Below, in pieces: positions 63,575 to 64,000 of a stretch of DNA of 64,000 nucleotides; within the stretch, counting starts at the first letter, position 1; every line of letters starts with the position of its first letter. Both the position numbers and the translations under genes were made by a program. The notes below the pieces were generated by a model. That model worked only from the letters and a program-made list of their open reading frames with translations. It made no database searches and was not told the origin of the DNA. Source of the stretch: Candidatus Enterousia sp. (GTDB taxonomy: Bacteria > Pseudomonadota > Alphaproteobacteria > Rs-D84); the NCBI GenBank assembly GCA_045651525.1, contig JAZRSO010000032.1:73748-137747 (forward strand). Reading direction: 5' to 3'.

Positions 63575-64000
63575 ATGGCACACCAATTTTATTTTAACCC
63601 TTATATTTTGGATAACTTGCCAGCACCAAGTTCTGGTTTTGATGTCGTTCAAGATTTGGAAGAGCCAAGACTGCGTATGTATATAACCAGTCGTGGGGTT
63701 AAAACTTTTTTTGTTCGCAAACGTGTAAACGGCAAAGACAAAAGAATTTTAATTGGTGGTTATCCAGAAGTGGATGTTGATGATGCGCGTGCTGCGGTGG
63801 AAACTGTTTTGAAAAATGCGACAAAAAAAACAGTTGCCCGCAGAAAGAAAATTGTCTTTAAAGAATTGGTGGATTTGTACCTGAAAAACAAGGTACGTCG
63901 CGGTGAAGATTCTTATATGAAATTGTTGCGTTCTATCAACAGACATTTGTCTGATTTGTTTGAAAAAAATGTTGTTGATATTTCGACTGACGATATAAAA
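63575..64000 (+). CDS. P4-type tyrosine integrase, N-terminal part (runs off the window)
   Basis: Hand-translated from the ATG at 63575, open to the window end. MAHQFYFNPYILDNLPAPSSGFDVVQDLEEPRLRMYITSRGVKTFFVRKRVNGKDKRILIGGYPEVDVDDARAA fits the Arm DNA-binding (DUF4102) domain pattern. It is absent from the ORF track because no stop codon is reached. Confidence 0.65.
   Translation, partial: MAHQFYFNPYILDNLPAPSSGFDVVQDLEEPRLRMYITSRGVKTFFVRKRVNGKDKRILIGGYPEVDVDDARAAVETVLKNATKKTVARRKKIVFKELVDLYLKNKVRRGEDSYMKLLRSINRHLSDLFEKNVVDISTDDIK

Overview
This is an AT-rich chromosomal window from a Gram-negative bacterium. The gene content suggests a small-genome alphaproteobacterium-like lineage: LolA, TolB, Pal, Tat, AsmA, GatCAB, a short ParE and an FtsL-FtsI pair. 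All calls come from reading the sequence and the supplied ORF translations by eye; no searches were run.

Most of the window is tightly packed housekeeping genes:
- Fe-S assembly: sufT/sufE fragments and sufBC.
- Division, envelope and lipid genes: ftsL-ftsI, ftsEX, tolB, pal, lolA, tatBC, asmA, plsY, plsC, pgsA and an NlpD-like peptidase.
- Replication and repair: recJ, an nrnA-like gene, ruvX, dprA, dnaA, parE, uvrC and dnaN.
- Translation and other core functions: miaB, gatCAB, rpsT, dnaJ, rluC, ppa, efp, fba, an MsbA-like ABC exporter, rbfA and lepA.
- RNA genes: tRNA-Lys(CUU) and tRNA-Phe(GAA).
- Many textbook CCCC-loop-GGGG rho-independent terminators.

Several lineage-specific insertions interrupt this backbone:
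1. Two paralogous Cys-rich ORFans sit, translationally coupled, between gatC and gatA. Three tiny basic ORFs sharing an RYN motif are packed between gatB and miaB.
2. A dispersed family of roughly 90-bp hairpin-repeat units occurs at about 27.6 kb and 46.1 kb, with a divergent core copy at 59.8 kb.
3. A GC-rich, repeat-laden non-coding island with a perfect 16-bp inverted repeat lies between two phage-tail-fibre-like secreted protein genes.
4. An 83-bp direct repeat duplicates the last 8 nt of tRNA-Lys (including CCA) together with its downstream terminator.
5. Orphan secretion and pilus parts are scattered: a TcpQ-like protein plus a PilN-type lipoprotein secretin, a lone type IV pilin-like gene and a lone VirB2/TrbC-like gene.
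6. A BrnA-like RHH gene is paired with a DinD-like gene behind a strong promoter that carries palindromic operator-like sites.
7. There are degenerate enzyme-fold proteins: a SodC-like lipoprotein without the His ligands and a mini-Dps.
8. A P4-type integrase gene starts at the right edge of the window.

No CRISPR array, rRNA or intact IS element was seen.
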